This document shows, one piece after another, positions 9,021 to 16,134 of a stretch of DNA of 38,351 nucleotides (the stretch's first letter is position 1; the number at the start of each line of letters is the position of its first letter). A program made the position numbers and the translations under genes. The stretch is from a virus (Duplodnaviria > Caudoviricetes). Below the pieces are notes generated by a model. That model did no database searches. It was not told where the DNA came from and saw only the letters and a program-made list of their open reading frames with translations. The stretch lies in the IMG/VR virus record IMGVR_UViG_3300025674_000132, positions 1 through 38,351 of that record; one strand, written 5' to 3'.

Positions 9021-9442
9021 TTGATATTTACATATTCCTTCTATTTTTTGCGGGTATTTGCTGCAAAAATTTTTATGTAACGTTGTTTGCGGTTTTCGCT
9101 ACTGCGCACAATTTCTTATTCGCGAATAGTGAAGGGTATGTCTATTATTTCTCCGCCGTCCTGTTTGACTATCTTATTTTGCTTCTCGTAAATCGTAGAC
9201 ATTTTATTCAGATTGTCGCATTATCATCAATTGGCCTAAACATATTTGGCGCTTTTATATGGTTTTTTTATTGTGAACCCGCCGCCTATAACATGTTTAT
9301 GGCTGCTTTATATATTGTAGCGGCATTAATGACAACAAGAAGCGGGGGCGGCAATGGAGGTATTTATAGAGTACGCCACTTGGGCGGCCGGTGGGATGTT
9401 CATGATTATCATGCTAGCGCATGGCGTCGTTATAACTATTAA
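9017..9442 (+). CDS. Multi-pass membrane protein (about 4 TM), unknown function
   Basis: Several hydrophobic segments with embedded polar residues (H, D, N, Y) and a hydrophilic Gly/Arg C-terminal tail. Confidence 0.75.
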   Translation: MIDIYIFLLFFAGICCKNFYVTLFAVFATAHNFLFANSEGYVYYFSAVLFDYLILLLVNRRHFIQIVALSSIGLNIFGAFIWFFYCEPAAYNMFMAALYIVAALMTTRSGGGNGGIYRVRHLGGRWDVHDYHASAWRRYNY

Positions 9443-9456
9443 AGTGAGGTTGAACT

Positions 9457-9801
9457 GTGAGTATAAAAGAGCAAGCGATTCAATACGCGACGAACATAAA
9501 GGTAGGAGTGGTGACCGGAGCGGGGACTGTTTCGGCCGGTGCCGGAACTTGGTTCGACGTGATACCCGATGATATTGGAAAGCTTGCATCTCTTGTTGGC
9601 ATTCTTTTAAGCTCGTTACTGATATTTTTTCACGTTCAAAAAATCCGAAAAAGCGCTTTAGAAATAAGTAAAACGCGCCTTGAGATCGAAATCATGAAGG
9701 CGCGTAAAACGCGCCTTGAGATCGAAATCATGAAGGAGCGTGAGGCCGAGCGCAAAGCCTTAATTGCTAATCAAGCATCATCCGAGCAATTGACGAATTA
9801 G
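9457..9801 (+). CDS. Second holin-like membrane protein with charged coiled-coil C-terminus
   Basis: GAGGT RBS and GTG start; weakly hydrophobic segment, then TM LASLVGILLSSLLIFF, then a highly charged tail. Confidence 0.6.
   Translation: MSIKEQAIQYATNIKVGVVTGAGTVSAGAGTWFDVIPDDIGKLASLVGILLSSLLIFFHVQKIRKSALEISKTRLEIEIMKARKTRLEIEIMKEREAERKALIANQASSEQLTN
9668..9741 (+). repeat. 36-bp in-frame tandem duplication (one mismatch)
   Basis: gtaaaacgcgccttgagatcgaaatcatgaagg[c/a]gc x2, encoding KTRLEIEIMKAR/KTRLEIEIMKER. Confidence 0.95.
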
Positions 9802-9919
9802 CCTTCTCCCGTGTTTTTCTTAAATTGCGGTACTCTTTTGTTGGCAGTCGCTCTGGGATTTTACGAAAAATCACTAACTCGCCAGGGCGCCATTTTTGGT
9901 GATGGATTTTCTTGCTCAT
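9767..9919 (-). CDS. Small basic hypothetical protein (50 aa)
   Basis: ATG 9919 immediately after the upstream stop, with GGTGG RBS-like sequence; last gene of the leftward operon. Confidence 0.5.
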   Translation of the reverse strand: MSKKIHHQKWRPGELVIFRKIPERLPTKEYRNLRKTREKANSSIARMMLD

Positions 9920-9920
9920 T

Positions 9921-10181
9921 TTACCACCCCCTATAAGCTTTAAGCATACCCTTTGATACGCCCACACTAAAACCGTGCTCAAAATCACTCAAATCCCATT
10001 CCCCGTAACCTTTTATGGGTTGTATCGGGCATATTGGTGGCAACCCAGCAAACGCATATCCACCTTTTACTTTCTTGTAACCGACCGCAAACCCCGCTTC
10101 AAAGCCGTCGCAAAAATGGCTAGCAAGCGCTGATGTGTTGAATGTGAAAATTACAATAATAAAACTGATAATTTTTTTCAT
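9921..10181 (-). CDS. Small secreted protein (86 aa) with Sec signal peptide
   Basis: MKKIISFIIVIFTFNTSALA|S classic signal peptide; AGAAGG RBS; two Cys; GF..GF..GY repeats. Confidence 0.75.
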   Translation of the reverse strand: MKKIISFIIVIFTFNTSALASHFCDGFEAGFAVGYKKVKGGYAFAGLPPICPIQPIKGYGEWDLSDFEHGFSVGVSKGMLKAYRGW

Positions 10182-10220
10182 TTTAAACCTTCTACTTTCA
10201 TCAATCTTTCCCATTTGATT

Positions 10221-10559
10221 TTACTGATTAGTATTGGTTAAGCGCCTGTACTTTGCCTGTACAGCGCTGGGCCTCCGGTTTATTTTCTGCCCTATTTCCT
10301 TGAACGTTAGACCCTTAACTTCGCGCAGCTCCACCAGCTCTTTTTCTTCAGATTCTAACCACATCGGGCGGAACCCCGTTATATCCTTCACGGCCTGGGT
10401 TAATCCGTATCTTCGCATTTTATCGCTGAACGCTATATGTTCGTTAAATTCGGCGTATGACTTACACCGCCTCGCATACGCTAGAACCTCTTCGTGTCTC
10501 GGGTCGGCTTCAGGCGTAAAATTGAGTTGCGCCAGGGCTTCTTGTGCTATCGATATCAT
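10221..10559 (-). CDS. DNA-binding protein with C-terminal Myb/HTH-like domain
   Basis: W.ESEEKELVELRE.KGLTFKEIGQKINRRPSAVQAKYRRL. Confidence 0.7.
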   Translation of the reverse strand: MISIAQEALAQLNFTPEADPRHEEVLAYARRCKSYAEFNEHIAFSDKMRRYGLTQAVKDITGFRPMWLESEEKELVELREVKGLTFKEIGQKINRRPSAVQAKYRRLTNTNQ

Positions 10560-10735
10560 TCCACTATCCTCGCGTGTATCTCACATGGTTTCTCGTGTTC
10601 TTTTTGGCATTCTGCTATATAGTAATCATACATAATTACCTTTATTGAATCTGAGCAACTAGACAGTGCGAGCATGGCTATTGTGACCATGAGCACAACA
10701 ATCATTGCGCCCATTATTTTTTCATTAAGAGTCAT
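10556..10735 (-). CDS. Small lipoprotein (59 aa); absent from the ORF track
   Basis: MTLNEKIMGAMIVVLMVTIAMLALSSC-SDSIKVIMYDYYIAECQKEHEKPCEIHARIVE; lipobox LSSC; ATGA overlaps on both sides. Confidence 0.7.
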   Translation of the reverse strand: MTLNEKIMGAMIVVLMVTIAMLALSSCSDSIKVIMYDYYIAECQKEHEKPCEIHARIVE

Positions 10736-11148
10736 TTCCCAGTACTCCCAAATCCACCGCTACCGCGCTCTGTATCGTCTAGGCTTCCTACAACTTCAAA
10801 TTCGTTATAGTGGTCTACTATGACGAGTTGGGCTATACGGTCGCCAGGATTGAATAGCATTGGCCCTGTGCCGTGGTTGGTTAGAATAACCTTGACCTCG
10901 CCTCGGTAGTCGCTGTCAATTACGCCACCTAGCACATCAATACCATGCATCGCTAGGCCGCTACGGGGTTTTATAATCCCGACCTTGCCTTTTGGTATAT
11001 CTAGCGCTATGCCTGTGCCCATGACTTCCATGAGCCCTGGAAATATACGCACCTCGTAACCGCGATAATACAAATCAAAACCCGCAGCACCTTCGCTACC
11101 TAGCGTCGGCACTATCGAATCACTGTGAAGCTTTTTTATCTTTAGCAT
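10732..11148 (-). CDS. dut: Trimeric dUTPase
   Basis: Conserved motifs AGFDL, PRSGLA, GVIDSDYRGE, GDRIAQL and RGSGGFGSTG. Confidence 0.97.
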   Translation of the reverse strand: MLKIKKLHSDSIVPTLGSEGAAGFDLYYRGYEVRIFPGLMEVMGTGIALDIPKGKVGIIKPRSGLAMHGIDVLGGVIDSDYRGEVKVILTNHGTGPMLFNPGDRIAQLVIVDHYNEFEVVGSLDDTERGSGGFGSTGK

Positions 11149-11226
11149 TATCAATCATCCTCTCAATTATTTCATTAGCGACCGTGGCCGCGATCATTGC
11201 CCGATAAATCGGGCGTTTAAAAAACA

Positions 11227-11457
11227 CTATACAATCTGGTTGCCAGTGCTGGCGATCCACTTGAGTAGGTCTGCCCATGATTTTACGTCTCCGATTTCAC
11301 TTAAACGAGTGTTTCTAATTTCGCTTTCTATCAGAACCCGATCTGAATAGCTCAGGTTCTGCCATTGTTTTTTGATCTCACGCACCACCATGGTGGGCGC
11401 GCTACTGGTTCGCGGCAGCGCGTGCCGCATCGCGAATATTAAAATAGTTGGGTTCAT
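11227..11457 (-). CDS. Hypothetical phage protein (76 aa)
   Basis: ATG 11457 preceded by CAACAACAAAACGAGGTG leader; the upstream extension in the ORF track overlaps the promoter. Confidence 0.7.
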   Translation of the reverse strand: MNPTILIFAMRHALPRTSSAPTMVVREIKKQWQNLSYSDRVLIESEIRNTRLSEIGDVKSWADLLKWIASTGNQIV

Positions 11458-11488
11458 TTCATCACCTCGTTTTGTTGTTGGTGTTGTA

Positions 11489-11527
11489 AATATAGTGCCA
11501 TTTTGATATCGTGTAAACATATTTACA
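11489..11527 (-). promoter_or_regulatory. Leftward sigma70-like promoter with overlapping inverted repeat
   Basis: Minus strand TTTACA-17nt-TATATT; TGTAAA-cata-TTTACA dyad at 11512-11527. Confidence 0.6.
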
Positions 11528-11545
11528 TAAAAGAGTAGAAATATT

Positions 11546-11707
11546 ATGACGCTAGACGAAATACGCGAGAAGCTTAAACCATACAATTTACGTAAAGTAG
11601 CGCCGGCGACGGGGCTGCATTACAACACTGTTTACAAGTATGTACATGGTGAAGTTAAGCAGCCAAGATATGTGACGATGAAGAAACTGGAGGATTTTTT
11701 AAAATGA
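11546..11707 (+). CDS. Small Cro/XRE-like HTH protein (53 aa); absent from the ORF track
   Basis: MTLDEIREKLKPYNLRKVAPATGLHYNTVYKYVHGEVKQPRYVTMKKLEDFLK; ATGA overlap with the YopX gene. Confidence 0.85.
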   Translation: MTLDEIREKLKPYNLRKVAPATGLHYNTVYKYVHGEVKQPRYVTMKKLEDFLK

Positions 11708-12120
11708 ATAGAGAAATAAAGTTTAGAGCGTGGACAGGAAAACGGTTTGAGTATGATTTCAATATGTACTCTAACGGTAATGCGATAGATATTGATGTGC
11801 CTCACCATTTGCCAAGTAGGTTGCTAAAGTGGCAGCTCTGTCAATTTACTGGCCTGCAAGATAAAAACGGTGTGGATATTTATGAAGGTGATATTTTTAC
11901 AGCCAATCTGTACCCATTTTATAATGATGAGCTTTTAAATTATGTCGGTGTGATTGTATATGATGATAGACCTGATTATATGGGATGGTTCTATGTATTA
12001 CATGCCGTGTCCGATAGAGTCCGTGGCTCATCTTGTGGCAGCGGGTTAGCGGATTTAGCTCACGTTGATCTAGAGGTCATCGGTAACATCTACGAAAACC
12101 GAGAATTACTGGAGCGTTGA
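11704..12120 (+). CDS. YopX-family protein
   Basis: MNREIKFRAW...QFTGLQDKNG.DIYEGDI...EVIGNIYEN.ELL signature. Confidence 0.92.
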   Translation: MNREIKFRAWTGKRFEYDFNMYSNGNAIDIDVPHHLPSRLLKWQLCQFTGLQDKNGVDIYEGDIFTANLYPFYNDELLNYVGVIVYDDRPDYMGWFYVLHAVSDRVRGSSCGSGLADLAHVDLEVIGNIYENRELLER

Positions 12121-12161
12121 AATGAATAAAATAGAATGGTTTAGTAAGACATATAAAAAGT

Positions 12162-12232
12162 TGCTATAATTAAACAACCCCGCCAAGCCTCTGGCCATCC
12201 CTGGCAAAGCTCAAATTGTGCGGGTTCTCTTC
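12162..12232 (+). ncRNA. Candidate small structured RNA or bidirectional terminator between convergent operons
   Basis: Extended -10 TGcTATAAT at 12162-12170, followed by a bulged hairpin AACCCcGC..GCCA-TCCC-TGGC..GCGGGTT and a pyrimidine tail. Confidence 0.35.
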
Positions 12233-12242
12233 CTAGATGTTT

Positions 12243-12425
12243 TTATTCATAAACCCAGCCCTCCACATTATTGATAACCTCGCCCTTGTGGGTGCGGTAT
12301 CCCTGGTCGTGGTTGCGTCTATCGCTTATATAACCAGGGCGTATTGCTCTCAATTTCTTGCCGTTGACCTTGACGATTAGATTCACCCCCGGCGTTGGTA
12401 GGTGCGTGTTCCAGTGTTTAGCCAT
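12243..12425 (-). CDS. Hypothetical protein (60 aa)
   Basis: GGAGGT RBS; end of the leftward replication operon. Confidence 0.7.
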   Translation of the reverse strand: MAKHWNTHLPTPGVNLIVKVNGKKLRAIRPGYISDRRNHDQGYRTHKGEVINNVEGWVYE

Positions 12426-12598
12426 TTATAAACCTCCATCTTGATATGTTTCGGTGCTTGTTTTAAAAGCTCAGCTTGTTTCTTTTTTGGCATTCGTCGC
12501 AATTCCAGCGCTTTACGATAGCACCAGAATTTAAAGGCCGGGCTAGGCGGCCTTTTTCCGTCTATACATTGTTGAAGTTGGTCACTAGGTCTAACCAT
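12383..12598 (-). CDS. Hypothetical basic protein (71 aa)
   Basis: GAGG upstream; overlaps both neighbours in the operon. Confidence 0.6.
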   Translation of the reverse strand: MVRPSDQLQQCIDGKRPPSPAFKFWCYRKALELRRMPKKKQAELLKQAPKHIKMEVYKWLNTGTRTYQRRG

Positions 12599-12951
12599 TC
12601 ATTAAATGCCTCTATTGCGGCCTCATACCCGTAAGCGATACAGCAGAACGCGCCCAGCTTCATACTTTCCGCCAAGTAATCGACTTGCTCGGGGCTAACT
12701 TTGCTTTTGGTTTTGTCCTTCCGTTTTAGCTCGCAAACAAAAGCAGGAGATCCAGGGATAATTATATCACTAGCACCAGTGGTTAACCCTTCCGCTTTTT
12801 GTTTAGTTGTTTGTTTGTGGTGCCGTTTCCCTTCGTTGCGAGGGTGGATCACGTTCGGGCATGTGTCACGGATATAATTAATAACCGTGATCTGTTCAGC
12901 GCTTTCTAACGGGCATTTTCCTCGATATTCACCCCCGTAAACTGGGATCAA
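12562..12951 (-). CDS. VRR-NUC domain nuclease (PD-(D/E)XK)
   Basis: ESAEQ...HPRNEGKR...KAEGLTTGASDI...ELK......S.EQ..YL; start uncertain (TTG 12951 chosen; frame is open to 13038). Confidence 0.85.
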   Translation of the reverse strand: MIPVYGGEYRGKCPLESAEQITVINYIRDTCPNVIHPRNEGKRHHKQTTKQKAEGLTTGASDIIIPGSPAFVCELKRKDKTKSKVSPEQVDYLAESMKLGAFCCIAYGYEAAIEAFNEWLDLVTNFNNV

Positions 12952-14716
12952 TGTCTTCTGGCCTGTTGTGTCCGTAAACCCTAAAAAAACCGCTTTGCTT
13001 GTCTTTTGCTGTGGTGATTGTTGTTGGTCGTTTGCCATAATTTTCTAACGCTCCAATAAATTTATCCACATCGGGCGCAACACGCCCGTAAACTGCAACG
13101 CACAAATCATCCCATAAGCGCTTTTGTTTCGGTTGATACCATGCTGTAAATGCTCGATAACCTGTAACCCAGTCAATTCGAACCGTATCATTGCCCGCAT
13201 TGCTAACATGCTTCGATACCTTCCAACGAAAAACTGGGTCGGTTGAAACTGAATAGGGATCTGTTTTAATCCTAGCAAATTCCAAGCGCAACTTTTCGTT
13301 AGGATCTACCAGCTCAGCTTTACACTCAATACAGTGTCTTGCCGCTATATCGTTCTCCGCTTCGCAATCCGGGCAAGTTTTAAACGTCCACCGATAATTA
13401 CAGCGTTGACCGATAACGGGCTGGCCATAACAACGCCTACCGTAATGCGCCGGAATAGGGCCAAAATCACCCTTTATTTCTTCGCCCATTAAATCCACAA
13501 AATAGCCATAGTCATTAATCGCAAATTCTTCTTCATTTTTGCGTGCGCTGAATTGGTTTATGGTTTGGCATACAGGGCACTCAGCATCAATTAATGACGG
13601 TTCGCCGGGGGCGCTGTACGCTTTTATTTTCGGGTTAAAAACATCGCCATCCGGACAATGGCGTTCGACGTTTTCAGCGTAATCTAAAAATAAACATTCA
13701 TTTTTGCCCTCGCTCAAACGCATGCCACGCCCGATAATTTGTTGCAGCAAACCGACGCTCTCAGTGGGGCGCATAAGAACAACAGCGTCAACGTGGGGCG
13801 CATCAAAACCCGTAGTCAATACAGCAACATTGACGAGATATTTAATTCTAAGCGCTTTGAATTCGCTAATAATAAATTCTCGCTCTTTCGGTTTTGTTTT
13901 TCCCGTTACTAAAGCGCTTCCGACGGGTAACTGTATTAATATTTCTTCCGCGTGTTTGATGCTGGTTGCGAAAATCATAACGCCCAAGGAATCCACTGTT
14001 TTTGCAATCACATCTTGAATGATGAATGATGTTTTGCGCTGTTGCATTTCCGTTGCTAGTGCTAATTCTTTATTATCAAAGTTGCCTTTTTTGTCTAGCT
14101 GCAAATGAGTTGTGTGATAGCCTTCCACATGGTCGCCTGATATAACGGGCGTTAAAAACCCACGGTTCAATAAGTCGCGGGCAGTCACTTTATACAGTAG
14201 AGAATTAAAATAAGGGTCTCTGGTTTCGTGTTCGGGTACCGGATCGCCGTTTTCGTCGTATTGGTATATATAGCCACTTCCAAGGCGATACGGCGTAGCC
14301 GTAAGCCCTAGCACCCGTTTAGGCGCTATCTGTGAAATAATGCCTTTAATGGTTGACGTGATCCCATGGCATTCGTCAATGATCACCGTTTCAAATTGTT
14401 TAAACTTTTTTATAGCGTTACTAATGCTTTGGGGTGATCCAAAAACAACGCGATGCTTTAAGCTCTTTTGTTTTAGCGCAGCGCAATACAGGCTTGCAGG
14501 TTCGCCGGTTGCTAAGAATTTCTGATAGTTTTGGAAAACAAGCTCTTTCGATGGCTGAATGCAGAGCGTGCGGCCTTCCGCCCATTCAGCCACGGCTGCA
14601 ATTATATGGCTTTTGCCGCTACCGGTAGCGGCCTCAATTACCGCTGGTTCGTTTGTTGTTGATAGCCATGCCTTCGCCTTGTCAAAAGCTTCTAGTTGAT
14701 AGTCTCTAAGTGTCAC
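12929..14716 (-). CDS. SF2 DNA helicase, RadD/YejH-like, with C-terminal Zn ribbons
   Basis: LRDYQ, ATGSGKS, DECH, TATPYR, VLTTGFDAP, QIIGRGMR; CPVC and CPDC..CIEC. Confidence 0.93.
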   Translation of the reverse strand: MTLRDYQLEAFDKAKAWLSTTNEPAVIEAATGSGKSHIIAAVAEWAEGRTLCIQPSKELVFQNYQKFLATGEPASLYCAALKQKSLKHRVVFGSPQSISNAIKKFKQFETVIIDECHGITSTIKGIISQIAPKRVLGLTATPYRLGSGYIYQYDENGDPVPEHETRDPYFNSLLYKVTARDLLNRGFLTPVISGDHVEGYHTTHLQLDKKGNFDNKELALATEMQQRKTSFIIQDVIAKTVDSLGVMIFATSIKHAEEILIQLPVGSALVTGKTKPKEREFIISEFKALRIKYLVNVAVLTTGFDAPHVDAVVLMRPTESVGLLQQIIGRGMRLSEGKNECLFLDYAENVERHCPDGDVFNPKIKAYSAPGEPSLIDAECPVCQTINQFSARKNEEEFAINDYGYFVDLMGEEIKGDFGPIPAHYGRRCYGQPVIGQRCNYRWTFKTCPDCEAENDIAARHCIECKAELVDPNEKLRLEFARIKTDPYSVSTDPVFRWKVSKHVSNAGNDTVRIDWVTGYRAFTAWYQPKQKRLWDDLCVAVYGRVAPDVDKFIGALENYGKRPTTITTAKDKQSGFFRVYGHNRPEDIDPSLRG

Positions 14717-15156
14717 GATGCAAAATCCTCTTCCTTTATCTCGCCAGCGCCGATGATCTCAGCGGTAACGTTAGTTGTAATATAGTGATCCATGTTCGCG
14801 ACTTCAAATATCTCTTCAATAGCTTGCTGATAATGGCCATCTGCATTCGCTAAAAAACCGCTTATAACAAGATCCGCACCCCTGAAATATTGCTTTCCTT
14901 GCGCGTCTTTAAATTCGCATTCTATAGCCACTTTATATTTAAATGCGTATTTATCAATAGCTGCTTTAATGTCTTTAGTTATGTGCGAAATCATCAATTT
15001 GTAATATGAGTTTCGATGATTGATTTTAGTGTCAACGATTTGAGCTTCATGCTTAAGCGGATCTTCAACCGACCAACTCATAATTACGCCTTTCAAAATA
15101 CGCTGAACTTTTTTATAGTTCGTGCTTTTCTTTCTTGGTTTTTTGCTTTTAGCCAT
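14713..15156 (-). CDS. Hypothetical protein (147 aa) with basic N-terminus
   Basis: GGAG RBS; in-operon ORF with overlap to the helicase start. Confidence 0.75.
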   Translation of the reverse strand: MAKSKKPRKKSTNYKKVQRILKGVIMSWSVEDPLKHEAQIVDTKINHRNSYYKLMISHITKDIKAAIDKYAFKYKVAIECEFKDAQGKQYFRGADLVISGFLANADGHYQQAIEEIFEVANMDHYITTNVTAEIIGAGEIKEEDFAS

Positions 15157-15162
15157 TTTTTA

Positions 15163-16134
15163 TCACTCCGCAAACATATCATATTGATGCTTGGTTGCTT
15201 GCTCCAGGTTGCGGCACGCAAGATTGAAATACGAAGTTTTAAGCTCTACGCCTATCGCCTTTCGGCCCATTTTAACGGCGGTATAAGCTTCGGTGCCAAT
15301 GCCTAGAAATGGAGTCAACACGGTATCACCTGGCATGCTCCATAACTGCATAGCGCGCTCGACAACATCTAACTGTAATGGGCAAATATGCCTCTCGTCA
15401 TCGCTTGCGCGTCCTTCTTTAAAGTTTAAAGTATTAGTTTGGTTAATATCATGCCAAACGGGGCTAGCGTATCGCTGCCATACATCGATGCTAGTTGCGC
15501 CCTTTTCTTTGTCGGGCACTTGAGCCACTCGGCCATCGTCGCGTTCATGATCTATGAAATTATTTAATAACTCATCACCGACAAAATGAGTAAATTCGCC
15601 GCTTATTGGTTTTTCATTGACGCCTGGCTTACGCATGACAACAAGGTAATCAGGTAACCCCTGGCGCGACATTGAAGAATCTTTTTTAATTGTTTTATGA
15701 AGCAAGCCAAGCGCTTTAGTGCGTTGCATTGCAACCACTGGATCTTTCCAGATGCAAACTTCAGAATGATAAATGAAGCCGTATTCTTGAAACTTTCGGA
15801 TTAAATCGCCGCGAAAATCTCGAATACCGATATATCCCTCGCGCCCTTTTGAAGCCGTTAAGTTCATGCAATGGATCGCAATTAATCTCCCCGGTTGCAG
15901 CACTCTATAAAGCTGCTCAACTAAAAAAGAAAACTGGCCAAAAAATTCATCATCCGACCCGCAATTACCCATATCCCTATCACTGTTTGAGTAAGTGTAT
16001 AACGATGCAAACGGCGGGCTGAATATTGAAAAGTCTATACTGTTATCTTTTAAGTTGCTAACGACCTCAACACAGTCAGCATTGTATAAAGCGTATTTAT
16101 TGTCATTGTCGATTGCTTGATTGATTATATCCAC
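15163..16134 (-). CDS. DNA N6-adenine/N4-cytosine methyltransferase (beta class)
   Basis: Catalytic SPPF motif precedes the SAM-binding TPFLGIGT motif; HICPLQ motif. Confidence 0.92.
   Translation of the reverse strand: MDIINQAIDNDNKYALYNADCVEVVSNLKDNSIDFSIFSPPFASLYTYSNSDRDMGNCGSDDEFFGQFSFLVEQLYRVLQPGRLIAIHCMNLTASKGREGYIGIRDFRGDLIRKFQEYGFIYHSEVCIWKDPVVAMQRTKALGLLHKTIKKDSSMSRQGLPDYLVVMRKPGVNEKPISGEFTHFVGDELLNNFIDHERDDGRVAQVPDKEKGATSIDVWQRYASPVWHDINQTNTLNFKEGRASDDERHICPLQLDVVERAMQLWSMPGDTVLTPFLGIGTEAYTAVKMGRKAIGVELKTSYFNLACRNLEQATKHQYDMFAE

Noticed and set aside
9668-9741. CRISPR-like 36-bp repeat
   Set aside because: Two adjacent copies with no spacer, in frame within a CDS.
12122-12169. 15-aa ORF MNKIEWFSKTYKKLL after YopX
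   Set aside because: Too short and overlaps the putative promoter; no supporting evidence.
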